Shown here: one piece after another, positions 12,576-24,700 of the stretch
Layout of the letters: each line of letters starts with the position of its first letter
How positions within the stretch are numbered: the stretch's first letter is position 1
Source of the DNA: Reclinomonas americana ATCC 50394
Lineage: Eukaryota
Assembly (NCBI GenBank): GCA_048213135.1
Contig: PS015038.1
Span: 72,758-136,757 of the forward strand
DNA length: 64,000 bases
Reading direction: 5' to 3'
The notes under the pieces: generated by a model
What the model saw: the letters and a program-made list of their open reading frames with translations, nothing else
What the model was told of the DNA's origin: nothing
Databases searched by the model: none
Made by a program: the position numbers and the translations under genes

Positions 12576-13027
12576 CTGACACCACATGCGTGTCAGTAAC
12601 TCGNNNNNNNNNNNNNNNNNNNNNNNNNNNNNNNNNNNNNNNNNNNNNNNNNNNNNNNNNNNNNNNNNNNNNNNNNNNNNNNNNNNNAGACAGCCGCCAT
12701 GTGGGCCGCTCGTCGGAGGGTGGGAAGAGCACGGCGCGCGGCAAGCATGGTGACGAGTGAGAGAGACGGAGGGAATTTCCACGGACAACTCCGACTTTGC
12801 ACCCAGCGTGCAAGTGTGTTGTCGAGACACACACAGGCACGCACACAACGCAGTACACAGACACACATGCACGCATGCACACAGACGCGACTGTGCCACG
12901 CGCTGCATTTCTGTGCGGCGCGCATTGCTCCAAGGTGACATGGCTTCCATGTGCATTTTTCTCACCCACAACCGTCATTCGCGCGCAATCCGATTGATCA
13001 CCCGCCGCTGTGCACCGCTGCAGTCTT

Positions 13028-13139
13028 ATGAGCCGGGCTGCAGAACATCATGCGTCTGCTTCGCCTTTTACTAAGCTAGACCAGTGGATTGCGGCCTATT
13101 TGAGCTCGCATCACGATTTTTCTGGGGCGTAAAGCCCTC
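13028..13139 (+). ncRNA. U5: U5 spliceosomal snRNA
   Basis: Invariant loop 1 GCCTTTTAC (13063-13071) is closed by the stem GTCTGCTT/AAGCTAGAC. Outer stems are GGGCTGCAG/TTGCGGCCT and GAGC/GCTC. A CCAGTGGA internal-loop motif, an Sm-like site GATTTTTCTG (about 13115-13124) and a 3' hairpin GGGC-GTAAA-GCCC follow. Confidence 0.9.
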
Positions 13140-14999
13140 TTGTATGGACCTTGAAAACAGAAACCTTCATCTGAAAACAACACAATGATACACCATTGTT
13201 CGCCGCGTGTTGTTGCTCACATGCACACACACATAGATTGAGACGCACATGTGCGTGTGTGTGTGTGTATGAATGTGCACCACCGGTTGCTCGACAGAGT
13301 GTGTGTGTGAGAGAGAACATTCTCTCTTTGCCCATTCATGGCTATCACGCACCGCGCATATGCAGTGTAAAAGAAGCGCACATTCTCTTGCACACAGTCG
13401 CATATGCACCCTCTTAATATCATCATCGCTGTCGTCGCTGCCCTCAGCGCAGCGTTGGTTTGATCGATTTTCCTCTTTCCCCTTCCTTGTGCATTGTGCG
13501 CACTGTCCCACACACACATCAATCGCTGTTCACCAACACATGCTGTGGCCGCCTTGCAGCACGCATGCACAAGAGAGGACACACGAAACTGTGGATCTCT
13601 CTCTCTGCGTGTGCGAGTGGGGCCCTCACGCTGGCCGTCTGTCGCGTCAACCGACGCAAAAAAAAGCGCACCGCATTTTTCATTCAATACAATCGCAACC
13701 GGTGCGCGCGGTGGTGGTGTGTGCTAGAGACGCGGGTGTGGAGTGCAGGTGAGTGGGTGGGGAGTGCACACGCACACGCGAGCGTGAGGGTGAGTGCGCG
13801 AGAAAAGGTGGCACGCAGTTTCACCCGTCTGCACGACAGATTAGCAGTGTACACTAGTCGTCTCCACCACCACCACCACCACCACCACCAGCATGCAGAC
13901 CACGTTGCCACTGACTCTCACATGTGTCACTGAGCGAGAGAGAGAGAGAGAGAGTCGCGCTCACTCGCAGACACGCACACACACGCACGCACTCTCTCAC
14001 TCTCACACACACTGTCTAATTTGGCCTTCCCATCGATTGACGTGCGCGTTTTTCGCTGTCTCCTCTCCCACCGACTTGCGCACGCGCCCACACGCACGCA
14101 CACGCAGAGGAGAGGTGGTGTGGGTGGGGCTGTTTCGTCGCTTATTATTCTTTCGTGTCCGTGTCTTGTTGTTTCTCGCACACGCAAAACGCACGCGTGC
14201 GCGTCATGTCCACTCGCGTGGTTTTCGAAAGATCGTGCATGATGTACATGCTGAACACGTCCTCCTCTCCCACACACACACACGCACACGCACACGCACA
14301 CGCACGCTGTACTTGCGTGCACATAATTGCTGCCGCCGTGGCCGCTCAATTCGGGTTACGGAATCCGCTTTGCCGCTTTTGGAGACGTCGTCCCCAACAT
14401 AACTGTTTCTTTCTTCTTTTTTACACTCCATGCGGTGTATTCGACCGCACTGTGTGCGCACGATGTACGCTGGTATTCTTTTTCTCCCACTTCTCACCAC
14501 CCATCTCACCACCGTCCGCACATATGCGTGTGTGTCTTTTCGTGTGTCACTCAGAGGTTTTGTGCGGTCGACTGTTTGGGTGAAGCAGCGATCTCCGAAT
14601 TGCTGCCGCCTTTTTGGTGATATGTCCCCGATCGGGTCGTGTCTCCTGAGGCCGCGCGCAGCTGGCTCTCGGCTGCTACAGGGGACACACGAAGACAGTA
14701 AGGGGCAGGGGCAGTTGCACGCAGCACATGTGCAGTCGGGGGGGCGAGTCGCAGTTGAGATTGCGCACCACCGCATAATCTGCGCCGCGATTGCACATAC
14801 TTTCACTCACTCACCTGCATACACACACGCACGCACACCCGGCACAGGAGTCTGTCTAGGGTTATTCCTTGTTCCACTCGTTATTCTTCTTCCTCCGCGC
14901 TTTGGTGATATCGACTGCTGGCGTTCTGATTCGAATCCGTGTCTGTCTTTTTTCTGTTTCCATGTGTCGCCGCAGGGTTCGGACGGTGATACCTTGTCA

Positions 15000-16831
15000 A
15001 TGAGCAGGTTGCCGCCACTGCCTCCAGACGCGCAGCAACAACAGGGGAGACGAATGGCTTCGTTACTGGAACTGCATCCGCCCATGACGCTAGAGGAGAG
15101 GCGCTTTGGCGCGGCCTCGGGCGCCCCATTCGGAGCTCCCCGCGGCTGGCCATCACCGCCCTCGTTTGCGCCGACACCCACCACACCTGCGGGTATGGTG
15201 GGCGTGCGACGCGCCAGTCTTGCGGCGACCACCGTGGTGCCTCACGAACCCCGCGAGATGCTCGTCTCTGCGCCGGTGCTGACCGAGGGCGAGTTCACTC
15301 AGCTTCCCGCTATGGAGCCGGCGGTGCACCGCGCAGTGCTGGCACCGGCGCACTTTTATCAGCCCTCGCCACTGCAGGCACTCATGATAGAGCAGCAGCG
15401 GGTGCAGGAGGAGGAGCAGCAACAACGACAGCAGCTGCAGCTTCAGCTGCAATTGCAGCAGGAAAAGGCCGCTGCGGCGGCGGCGGCTGCCGCTGCTGCT
15501 GCTGCTGCTGCGCCACTGCAGATACAGCAGTATGCGCAACAGCAGCGACTCCTCCAACAACAACTACAACAGCAGCAGGTGCTGCTGCTGCACCAACAAC
15601 AGCAACAGCAGCAGCAGCAGCAGCTGGGTGCGTGCTACAGTCCAGGAACCATGTCGGCGGCGGCGGCAATGCCGTCGACTTTTTCCACGCCGTCACCGCG
15701 CACCCGCCACATGCTGCCAGTGCACGCTGTTGGTGGTGGCGACGGCATGGGTCTCCTGGCCTCTCCCACTGGCATCACCACCACCACCCCAACCCCAACC
15801 ACCATTGCTGCTTTCCCTTCCTCTGCAACAGGCCGCGATCGCGACACGCGGCCACGCTATCAACTTAACCCCGCCATGGACACAGCAGTTCTCGAACAGG
15901 ACGCTGGCTTCTCGATGGCCTCACACTCGTCGAACAAGCGCAGGAAGACGCGCTTCACGCGGGCGGAAGTTTCGTGCACGCATCCCACCCATGTCACCGT
16001 CACACACTGCACGCATTGACCTTTTCTTTACAGGTGGCGGTTTTGCTCAGACTGTACAACAGAAACAGGAGACCCTCCACTGCAGATATGGAGAAGGCCA
16101 GTCTGGAGATTGCCTCGCTCGGCACCATGCATCCACTGTGGAAGATTCGCAACTTTTTCTCCAACAAGCGGTGAGCCGCGCTACACAAAAATTGCTGTAT
16201 CTGTTTTCAATTATTCTTTTTTGACTTACTGCTGTCATCGTGGCACAAATGCAGTGCACAGGATCGCCGGAGTTCTCACAAACCTCCGACCCGCGGGGTT
16301 CGCGATGTGACAACGGCCGCGGCCATCGCTGCTGCCACTGCCGCGGTTGCAGGACGGAGAGCGTACAGTGCAATGCGTGCAGACGGTGTTGACGACGACG
16401 ACGATGACGACGACGACCTCGACTTCGACGACGATCTAGACGGCCTTGATGACCTGCTTGACGAGGATGATGAAGACGAGGATGGCGACGGCGACGGGGC
16501 GGCGACTGGAGTGAGGCGCCGACCGAGTTCCGAATCCGTCGGCAGCTGTGGAAGTGGAGCCAGCGACATGGAGCAGCGGGCACATCAACCACCGCGGAAA
16601 CGGCAGCGACTCAGTGGCGAGGCGTCGGCCACCGCAGCACAGCTCGACAGTTCTGACACCACGACGGTGCACATCGACATACCAGGACTAATCGCCTCGG
16701 CAGAGTTGGCCGCCGCCACCGCTCGGCTTCCTCCCTTGCCACCGACAGACGGTCAGCCGCCACGGATGCCGCAACCTGCAGCCATGGTGCCAATTCCCAG
16801 GCTGCCAATTAGGCGCACAGATGAAGAATAG
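15000..16831 (+). CDS. Homeodomain transcription factor (divergent) with poly-Q/poly-A and an acidic tail
   Basis: Spliced: KRRKTRFTRAE/VAVLLRLYNRNRRPSTADMEKASLEIASLGTMHPLWKIRNFFSNKR/AQDRR. It has the N-terminal arm RxRF and helix-3 FxNKR. Confidence 0.8.
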
Positions 16832-17074
16832 GCAGGAGACTAGAGGATTCAACCTGTAACCACGGCGCCACCGTCCAATCCACACGACCAACCGTCCGTG
16901 TACTATGTGTGTGTGTGTGTGTGTGTGTGCAATCTATTTGTATTTCTACATGCGTTATCTCTCCCATTCTTTCTCTCTCTCTCTCCCTCCCCGAATCACT
17001 AATGAGCAACAATAGTATCAGCCAACTACACCTCTTCCCCTTCATTTCCGCAGCTCACTCGACACACGTCACGT

Positions 17075-17668
17075 CTACGCACTGGCACCGCTCATGCGAG
17101 CAATCGCCAGCTTCCGCAACGCACGATTGCCAAAGAACAAAGTCGGAGCGCCGACAATCATCATGTAGATCAGCGTCTGACCCAGGCGAGCAAACAACCA
17201 GAACATCACCGCCAGACCCAACAACGAGGCGAAACAGCCGACAAAGAGCAGCCCGTCAAAGCTCAGAGCCCGCAAGTTGGCACCGGCCTTCCACGACTGA
17301 GAGAGGAGAAGGAGGAGACGGTGAACAATTCAAGCTTCTGGAAGCAATCAGGCAAGCAAGCACAATACCATTGTCAAGTAGAAGAAGAAGATGGCGCCAA
17401 TGATGCCGCAGAACACCAGGCCCAGGAAGGCGCCAGGTCGCCTCTGTGGCGCAGCAAACGAGTGCTGAATGTGCGCCTTGACACGCTGCTCCGGCAGCGG
17501 CTGCACATACTTGATGGCGGCCTCGTCGGCATTCTCCGGCTCGCTCACCACAATGGAGCCAAACGTCCACCGGAGGGCATTGGCGGCCGACGGGTCGGCC
17601 ACCAACATGGTGAGCTCGTACTCGCCCGGACGGAGAGAGTTTGTGGCGAGGAACTCACTCGTCAGCAC
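17075..17668 (-). CDS. RPN2: Oligosaccharyltransferase subunit ribophorin II (RPN2/SWP1), 3' part
   Basis: GEYELTMLVAD...W..G.I...IQHSFAAPQRRP followed by three transmembrane segments and FFGNRALRKLA. The 5' end is lost in a gap. Confidence 0.85.
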
Positions 17669-18015
17669 CTGCACACTGCTAAGCACCACAACACTACACC
17701 TCCAACAGGCAGAGAGAATGCAGCAGGCACACCTGCTTCAGCAGGTAGNNNNNNNNNNNNNNNNNNNNNNNNNNNNNNNNNNNNNNNNNNNNNNNNNNNN
17801 NNNNNNNNNNNNNNNNNNNNNNNNNNNNNNNNNNNNNNNNNNNNNNNNNNNNNNNNNNNNNNNNNNNNNNNNNNNNNNNNNNNNNNNNNNNNNNNNNNNN
17901 NNNNNNNNNNNNNNNNNNNNNNNNNNNNNNNNNNNNNNNNNNNNNNNNNNNNNNNCTGATGTCGTTGTTCCCGTAGCTGTGAGGTGTGGTTGCTCACCAC
18001 TTGGGGTGTTGGCAG

Positions 18016-18257
18016 AGATCATCCGCACGCAGATTGCGCGTGGTCCGGATCGCGCCAGCCGCGGCTTTGCCACGGTGCTCTACAACACCGCCGAGCAGGC
18101 TCAGGCTGCTATCGGTGCGTGTGTTCCTGCCTCCTCCCCATTCATCATCATCATCGTCGTCGTCGTTGCTCACATTTGTGGTGTTGAACCAGAGCGCTTC
18201 AACGACACCGAGTTCCAGGGCAATCGCCTGACGGTGTACATGGACCGCTTCGCGTAA
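18016..18257 (+). CDS. RRM RNA-binding protein, last exons (Gbp/hnRNP-M-like)
   Basis: SRGFATVLY (RNP1)...AQAAI/ERFNDTEFQGNRLTVYMDRFA*. Confidence 0.75.
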
Positions 18258-18492
18258 GCGCTGGCCATTGATCGATGGTCGTTGTCGTTGTGTTTGTCGT
18301 CTGTTGCCGTCGTTCCGAGTCTATTTGCTGCCGTCGTTTTATCGAGAGGGAAAGAGAGAGTGAGTGAGTGGGAAAGAAGGAAGAACAAGTGAACCGCCCC
18401 CCCGTTACACAATCCTCTCTCTCCAGTCGTCGTCGTCGTCGTTGATCGATCGACGAGAAGGGCCCGAAAATCCACACAAACGAACATCGTCA

Positions 18493-21400
18493 ATGGTACG
18501 TGTGCAGGAAGACGGCCTTCTCCCTCTACTCTCTCCCTCTGCCCCCCTCCCGCCTCCTTCCACTCGCACGCCACGTCTTCGGAAAATCCCAAACCCCAAA
18601 CCACTCTCTCTCACACACTGCCATGTCCTCACACACACGCAGACTGACTCGGCGGCCAAGAGCGCCACCAGCTCGCCAGCGTCGTCCTCGGCCGCGGCCT
18701 CCATCGCGGACGATGCGAGCGGGAGCAGCCGCACGTTTGCGCACTTGGAGAAGAGTCTGATGTTCTTCCAGGAGACGTTTGCCTCGCGCCTCTTGTCGCT
18801 GGAGGAGGTCGTGCACAGTCTGTTTGCCAAGGTCGAGCATGTGGAGCAGAGGTGTGTGTGTGTGTCTCTCTCTCTCTCTCTCATTGACGGGGCGGCACTG
18901 ATGTCATGTGATGCAGTGTGGCGGTGATTGATAACAAGTTGCAGCAAGAGACGGAGGCTCGTGGGCGCTTGGAGGTGGAGAGTCGCATGACGGACCGCGA
19001 ACTAGAGGTCCTCCCAACGCCTCCTCCTTCCCTCCTCCATCTGTCGTCGTGTCGTGTCTCCTCACTGGTGTTCTCCAGGTGTCGATCAAGACCGGCATTC
19101 TGGAGCTGACGGCCGAGTTGAGCAACAAGCAGCGTGAGGAGATCATGCTGGTGGCACGCAAGGTGGCGTCGATGGATGCCGAGCTGAAGCGCGTGGGAAC
19201 TACGGTCGACTCGGTGCAGGGTTTCATTGGCAAGCTGAAGAAGGATCAGAACGACTTTTTGCGGTGAGTGTTCGACACAGAGGTGGACTCGCCGGAGTCC
19301 TTCCACCGCTCATCGCTGTCTGTGTGCCGTAGTGATGTGGGCGAAGCGACAAAACGATCGTTGGAGGAGCACGATGAGCGCACACGCACCAGGGTTACGG
19401 AGATGGTGCGACACGACTCACAGCGGCTGAAGGTCTGTCTGTCTGTCTGTCTGCATACAACAGCAGCACTCGTCATCGCCACACGTTGCTCACTCGGTGA
19501 GTGGCGAATTGTGCCGCAGGACGATGTGGTCACAGAGGTGGTCGATCGACTGGAGCTGCCGGCGTTCTTCCAGCAGGCCGGCTCCGACATGGATCGCAAG
19601 CTGCGCGACTTCCAGCAGCAAGTAACCGACCGTGTCGATCGCTCGCTGCAGGAGCAGTCGGCGACCTTTGCCGATCTGCGTGGACAGTTGGAAGAGTCGC
19701 TGTTGGAACAGTTGGGTGGTTCTATGGAGGGAGAGCGTGCGTCGATGCGCAACGAACTGGAGGCCATGGACCGTCGCGTGCACGACTTGACCAGGTGCGT
19801 TTTTCTTCATTCGCTCCTGCGTCGCGCGCAAGTCATTGAAAGTGATTGGGGGGTGTGTGGGTCCGACAGGCGAGTGAACGAAGTGTCGACGGGCAAGGGT
19901 GGGGCGGTGGGCGGTGGCGGCAAACTGCACGACGATGTGGCGTGCACGCACACGGTGGAGGCGATTTTCAACGCACCTGCTGCCGAGCTTAGCAACGTGC
20001 ACCGTGACGTGGAAGACATCAAACATCACCTGCGTCTTCTCGGTCAAGGCTTCCAGGGCTACGGTCGTCTCTCGGTGGCACAACGCCCAGTGAGTAGTTG
20101 TTCGCTCTTGTCGGCAAATGAGTCGGTGCAGTGACAGTCATCATTTCCGCTCTCTCGCAGGATGCTCAGTCGTCGGCTGGCGCCTCTCTGCCGTCGGGAG
20201 CCACAGCCGGTCGTGTGTACCGCTCGAATGCCAGCACTGCAGTGTCTGAGCTTGTGTCCAACGATCCCAGTACGGCGGTGGCGGAGCGGCCACCGTTCTC
20301 GTTCGGGTCGTCACCGCCACCGTTGTCGTCCAGGAGCAGTGTGGTCGGTGGCGATATGCGCGACCGCGACCAGCGATTCACTCCCATGTCACTGTTGTCT
20401 GGCGGCATGGGCAACACACCGGCACCACCCGGTGACGATGAGCTGGATGCGTTGCTCGCCGAGTCGGGTGCCCTGGAGGCCGCCTCCATGGGCAGTGTGC
20501 AGCAGCACGGCAGTGGTGCACTTCGTGGTGGGGCCAGTATCGGTGGCGGTGGTGGCGGCGGTGGCGGTGGGTTTGGTGGGGGCGCAGCTGGCAGCGGTGT
20601 GGATGGTGGCGGCAGTCTGGGCAGTCGGTCGGCCAAACTGAGGGCGCACCGCGACGATGAGATGTATGCGGGCGTGCACGGCGACAAGGAGGTGTTCCCG
20701 GTCCTCGACGACGACGACGCGAAGATGTACCTCGATGTTCGTGTCGCTGGTGGTGGTGGCGGCGGTTGGTGTCTCGATATTTGACTCACAACACTGCTTG
20801 CGCACAGGCTGGTGGCATACGCGGTGACGAACTGGCGAGCCAGGTCGGCGTACACGCAAACGACCACAACGGATTGTCACTGGGCTACGTTCCGCGATCG
20901 TACGGTGCGCCGAAGCGAGTGCGAGAAGTGGTGGTGACACAGCAACAGCAGCAGCAGCAACAGCAGCAACACCAACAACAACAACAGCACCAACAGCCAC
21001 AACAGCAGCAGCAGTACAGGTCGCCGTCCGGCACTGGTGACGCCAACGACAGTACCGCATGTTGCGTGCGTGTGCGTTCTTTCTCGCGACTCGATTTCTG
21101 TGCTTACGCGACGCGTGCAGTGTCCGGCTCACCACCGTCGGCATCCATGGGTGCCGTGCAGGACCAGACGTACTCGCCGAGTGCACTAGCCGAGTTCCAC
21201 CCGGCCAAGTACTTGTCACCGCCGTCGGGTGGCGGCAACCGCTCATCCGGCAGCATCGGTGCGCAGTCGCCACCATCACTGCAGCTGTCGCCCAGGCAGC
21301 CTGGTCGTGCGTCGGCATCAGCCGCCGCCAGCGCATCGTTGCCGTTGAGTTGCCTGCTCACTGTTAGGTCCCACTCGATGCTGACTTTCCTCTTTTCTTT

Positions 21401-21670
21401 TTTCGATTTCTCAGTGGCAGCAAGCGACCAGTGCACGTGCAGCTGGACAGCTCGCCGCTTACCTCACCACGCACCGCTGGCGTGGGCGGCAATTCACCGA
21501 GAAGTCCCACCAACAATGCTCAGTTCCACCTGCAACATCAGGCGCGAGCGAGGGGCAGTGGTGGAGTCCAGTCGGTCCGCTCGCCCAACTCTGTGCATCA
21601 CCCCGCGTCAAGAGGTTCGGGAAGACCACAACAGCCACGTGCCGGCACTGTGGTTGTCGACTTGCAGTGA
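18493..21670 (+). CDS. Coiled-coil protein with a low-complexity C-terminus, function unknown
   Basis: ATG|GTACGT first exon, then a chain of in-frame exons with heptad-like E/L/R composition, then G-, Q- and S-rich exons. Confidence 0.6.
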
Positions 21671-21734
21671 TCGCCAGTGACACGCACGGCCGGTCAGCAG
21701 GGTGCGCTGTGTGGNNNNNNNNNNNNNNNNNNNN

Positions 21735-24700
21735 CTCCGACTCGGGAACGACGGCCACACTGGCCACCTCCACCGACATGCCCGGCTCCAGACCCTGCAA
21801 CAACGACACCAGCACCAGCAGCTCCTCTGCCGACGAGCACGGAATGCCGTGTCTTGAGCGCAGCTCCGTGGGGATGACACGCGCCAGCCAGCGGATGAGC
21901 GGGCCATCGGCGGCGTGGTGATACAGGCGGAATGCACGGACACCCAGTCCTGGTTCCGGCGTTGGCGGCTTGCTCCACGAGCTCTGCGAACTCTGCGAGC
22001 CCATCGACTGTACACTTGGGCGCCGCACAGCGCTGTGCGTGGGAGCAAACGTGGATTGGAACTGTGGTGCCATCGGTGGCTGAGGTGGCGGCAAATCAAA
22101 GCCGTGCGAGCCGCTGAACAGCGCTCGTGAGGCCGGTTCGCCAGCGGGTGGAGGTGGCGTCTGTCGCTGATACACTGGCAGATAGGCGGGACCGTTGCGC
22201 GCCATATCCTTGGCGAGCGCCACATCTCGCGGTGGGTACGCGGGCTCCGGCGACGCATTCACCACTGGCGACATGGCGGACCCAGGAGCATCTGTGCGCC
22301 AAACGAGAACAGTGAATCACAGTCGTGTCTACGTGTGTGTGCGACACCATGCACACGCGCACCATCAAAATCGCGCAAAGCAAACAGCATCTGGTCCTGC
22401 AACGTGGCCGGGATGGACGACTCCAGATCACTGCGCACCTCAATGTCGCTCGGCTTGGTGTTGTTCACTGTGTGCCAAGAGCAACAGGACAAGGTTGTTA
22501 GCACTCTTTGTGCACGCACACACACACATGGACACATGCATCGCGACGCAACGCTGAGGCGTGGGTGAGAACATGGAGCCAGCACCGCTCGATGCCTCCG
22601 TCCAGCTCGCACTGCCGGGACTTGGTGCTGCGGGAAGGGCGGCTATGGAAGCAGCATTGGGTCGCGCTGGAGCCGAGTGCGGTGGTCGCGCGGCTGTGCT
22701 GGCCTTTGGAGGTGACGGCGATGCCTCGGCAGTCATGTTATACGGCGCCGTAGGTCGTGCCATGGGAGAACCGTAGAACTGCATCACTGGTGCCGGGTCG
22801 TCGGCCACCGCCGCTGCGTCGGCCGGCGACGGCTGCGACAATGGCGGCGGAATGGGAGACGACTCGGTGCCTCCTCTTGTCACTGGCTCTGACATTGCTG
22901 GTGGCGCTGATGGTTGTGGTGGAGGAGGCGGCTGGAGTTGCAGCAGCGGAGCAGGTTCCGAAAACTCGAGTACAGACGATCTGGCTGCACTGCCTGGCTC
23001 CTCCACATCTTGCTCTGCCGTTGCTGTTGCTGACGAGGCAGCAGTGGCAACTGCACCACCTTGTGGTGTTTCCGCGTCGACAAAGCGGTGCACCGTTGCT
23101 ACACAAACAACAATGTAAGACGTTGACCTGGGAAGCGAAGCACATGCAGGCACGCAACGTTCACTCGTGCCGGCCACAGCTGGCGGAAGCGTTGCAGACT
23201 TGCGTCGTGGTTGCGGGGTCTGCTCTGCGGCTGCCTGAGCCACCAGTGCAGGATTGAGCACGGGATCGCGAGCTCGTAGTGCGCTCTACAACACGCGTGC
23301 GTGTAAGTCATTGTCCGCAAGCCATGGAAAAGCGAGTTGTAACCCACCAATTCCTCCAGGCACACCACTTGATGCGGCTGCAGGAACACACCGTAGCCGG
23401 GAGCGCAGTCAAAGTACCGCGTTCCATTCCACGAACCGTCATTGCGGCCATCTGTGTGCATCATTNNNNNNNNNNNNNNNNNNNNACGCTCGCGCTGAAT
23501 GGTGCGTTCACGAGCAGCCGCGGCCTCATCAACCACCACGGCCTCTTCCGTCTGCTCTTGCGTAAAATCGCCGGCACCCTCCTCGGTGATCGCCGCTTCT
23601 CCTGCTGCCGCAGAAGCCGAGGCTGACGGAGCAGGCGCGCCGCTCTCGTCCACCTCCCAGCCCTCCAGCATGCGCCGCTCTTCCGAATTCAGCACCGCAC
23701 CAGCACCCGCACCATTTTGCTGTTGCTGCTGCCGTTGCTGCTGGGATGGTGGCGCACGTGCAGCGCCGGTCGAGGACGCTGCTGCCTGAGAGGGCGTTGG
23801 TGAGCCGCGCGTCCGTGCCGCCAGTTCCTGCGCGCGCCGATCGGCTTCCTTGGTTTGCGTCAAGTAGCGATCCAATTCGCGCGCAATGGCAGTGAACAGA
23901 TTGCCGCGGGCGCAGCGCAGGCAGTAGCGCAGCAGCTCTCGCTGTCGATCGAGTTGTTGATCCTGCGAAAGAAAGAACGACTCAGCACACGAATTGTTGA
24001 GAGCGCGAATCTGCAGTGCCACCAACCATGCCATCGAGACCCAGTTCAGTGTGTGCCACCTCAAACGCTGCAAACGACTGCAGTTGATCGTACACGCGAT
24101 CGTACTCCTCGTGCGTGGTGAAAAAGTAGCACGTCTCCAACACTTGGTGATGCATGGTGATGCAAAAGTCCTGTCGCAAGAGAGCGCATGAGGCAAGACG
24201 ATTCACGCTTGGTCTGCAAAATAAAAGGCGACCCCACCCACCTGCATGTCCTCACGCGTGCGCGACTGTGAGCCCTCGCCGCGCATGTAGTCGTAAATGT
24301 GCTCCCACGGAGTGCGATCGCCTTCACGACCTGCATTTGCGAGTCAGTACGATTCGAAAAGCCAGCTGTGGCGACATGCACGCAACGAAGGAAGCGTCTG
24401 GCATCCTCACGCGCATTGAACGCTGCAAAATTGAAGGGTCCCGCCTCATGCGGATGCACCAAATGATCGTCGGGCACATACGCAGCCGGTCCAGGGCTGT
24501 CGCGGCCAGGCAACCACGTCTCCTGCCGCACATCGCGACCTGCGACCCGTTTTTTTCGTGAGCAAACATTTCTTACAAACGGCAGCGTGGACGATCACTC
24601 TCACCGACAACAGTGGTCTTGACCGGCGATCGCACCGACGAGCGACCCGCACTGCGAGCGTCAGCAGAGCTGGCACTGTACGACAGACCATCGGCGCTGC

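Noticed and set aside
17748-17955. RPN2-RRM fusion suggested by ORF 17469-18257
   Set aside because: The two genes are on opposite strands. Both 5' ends are missing in a gap that must be larger than shown.
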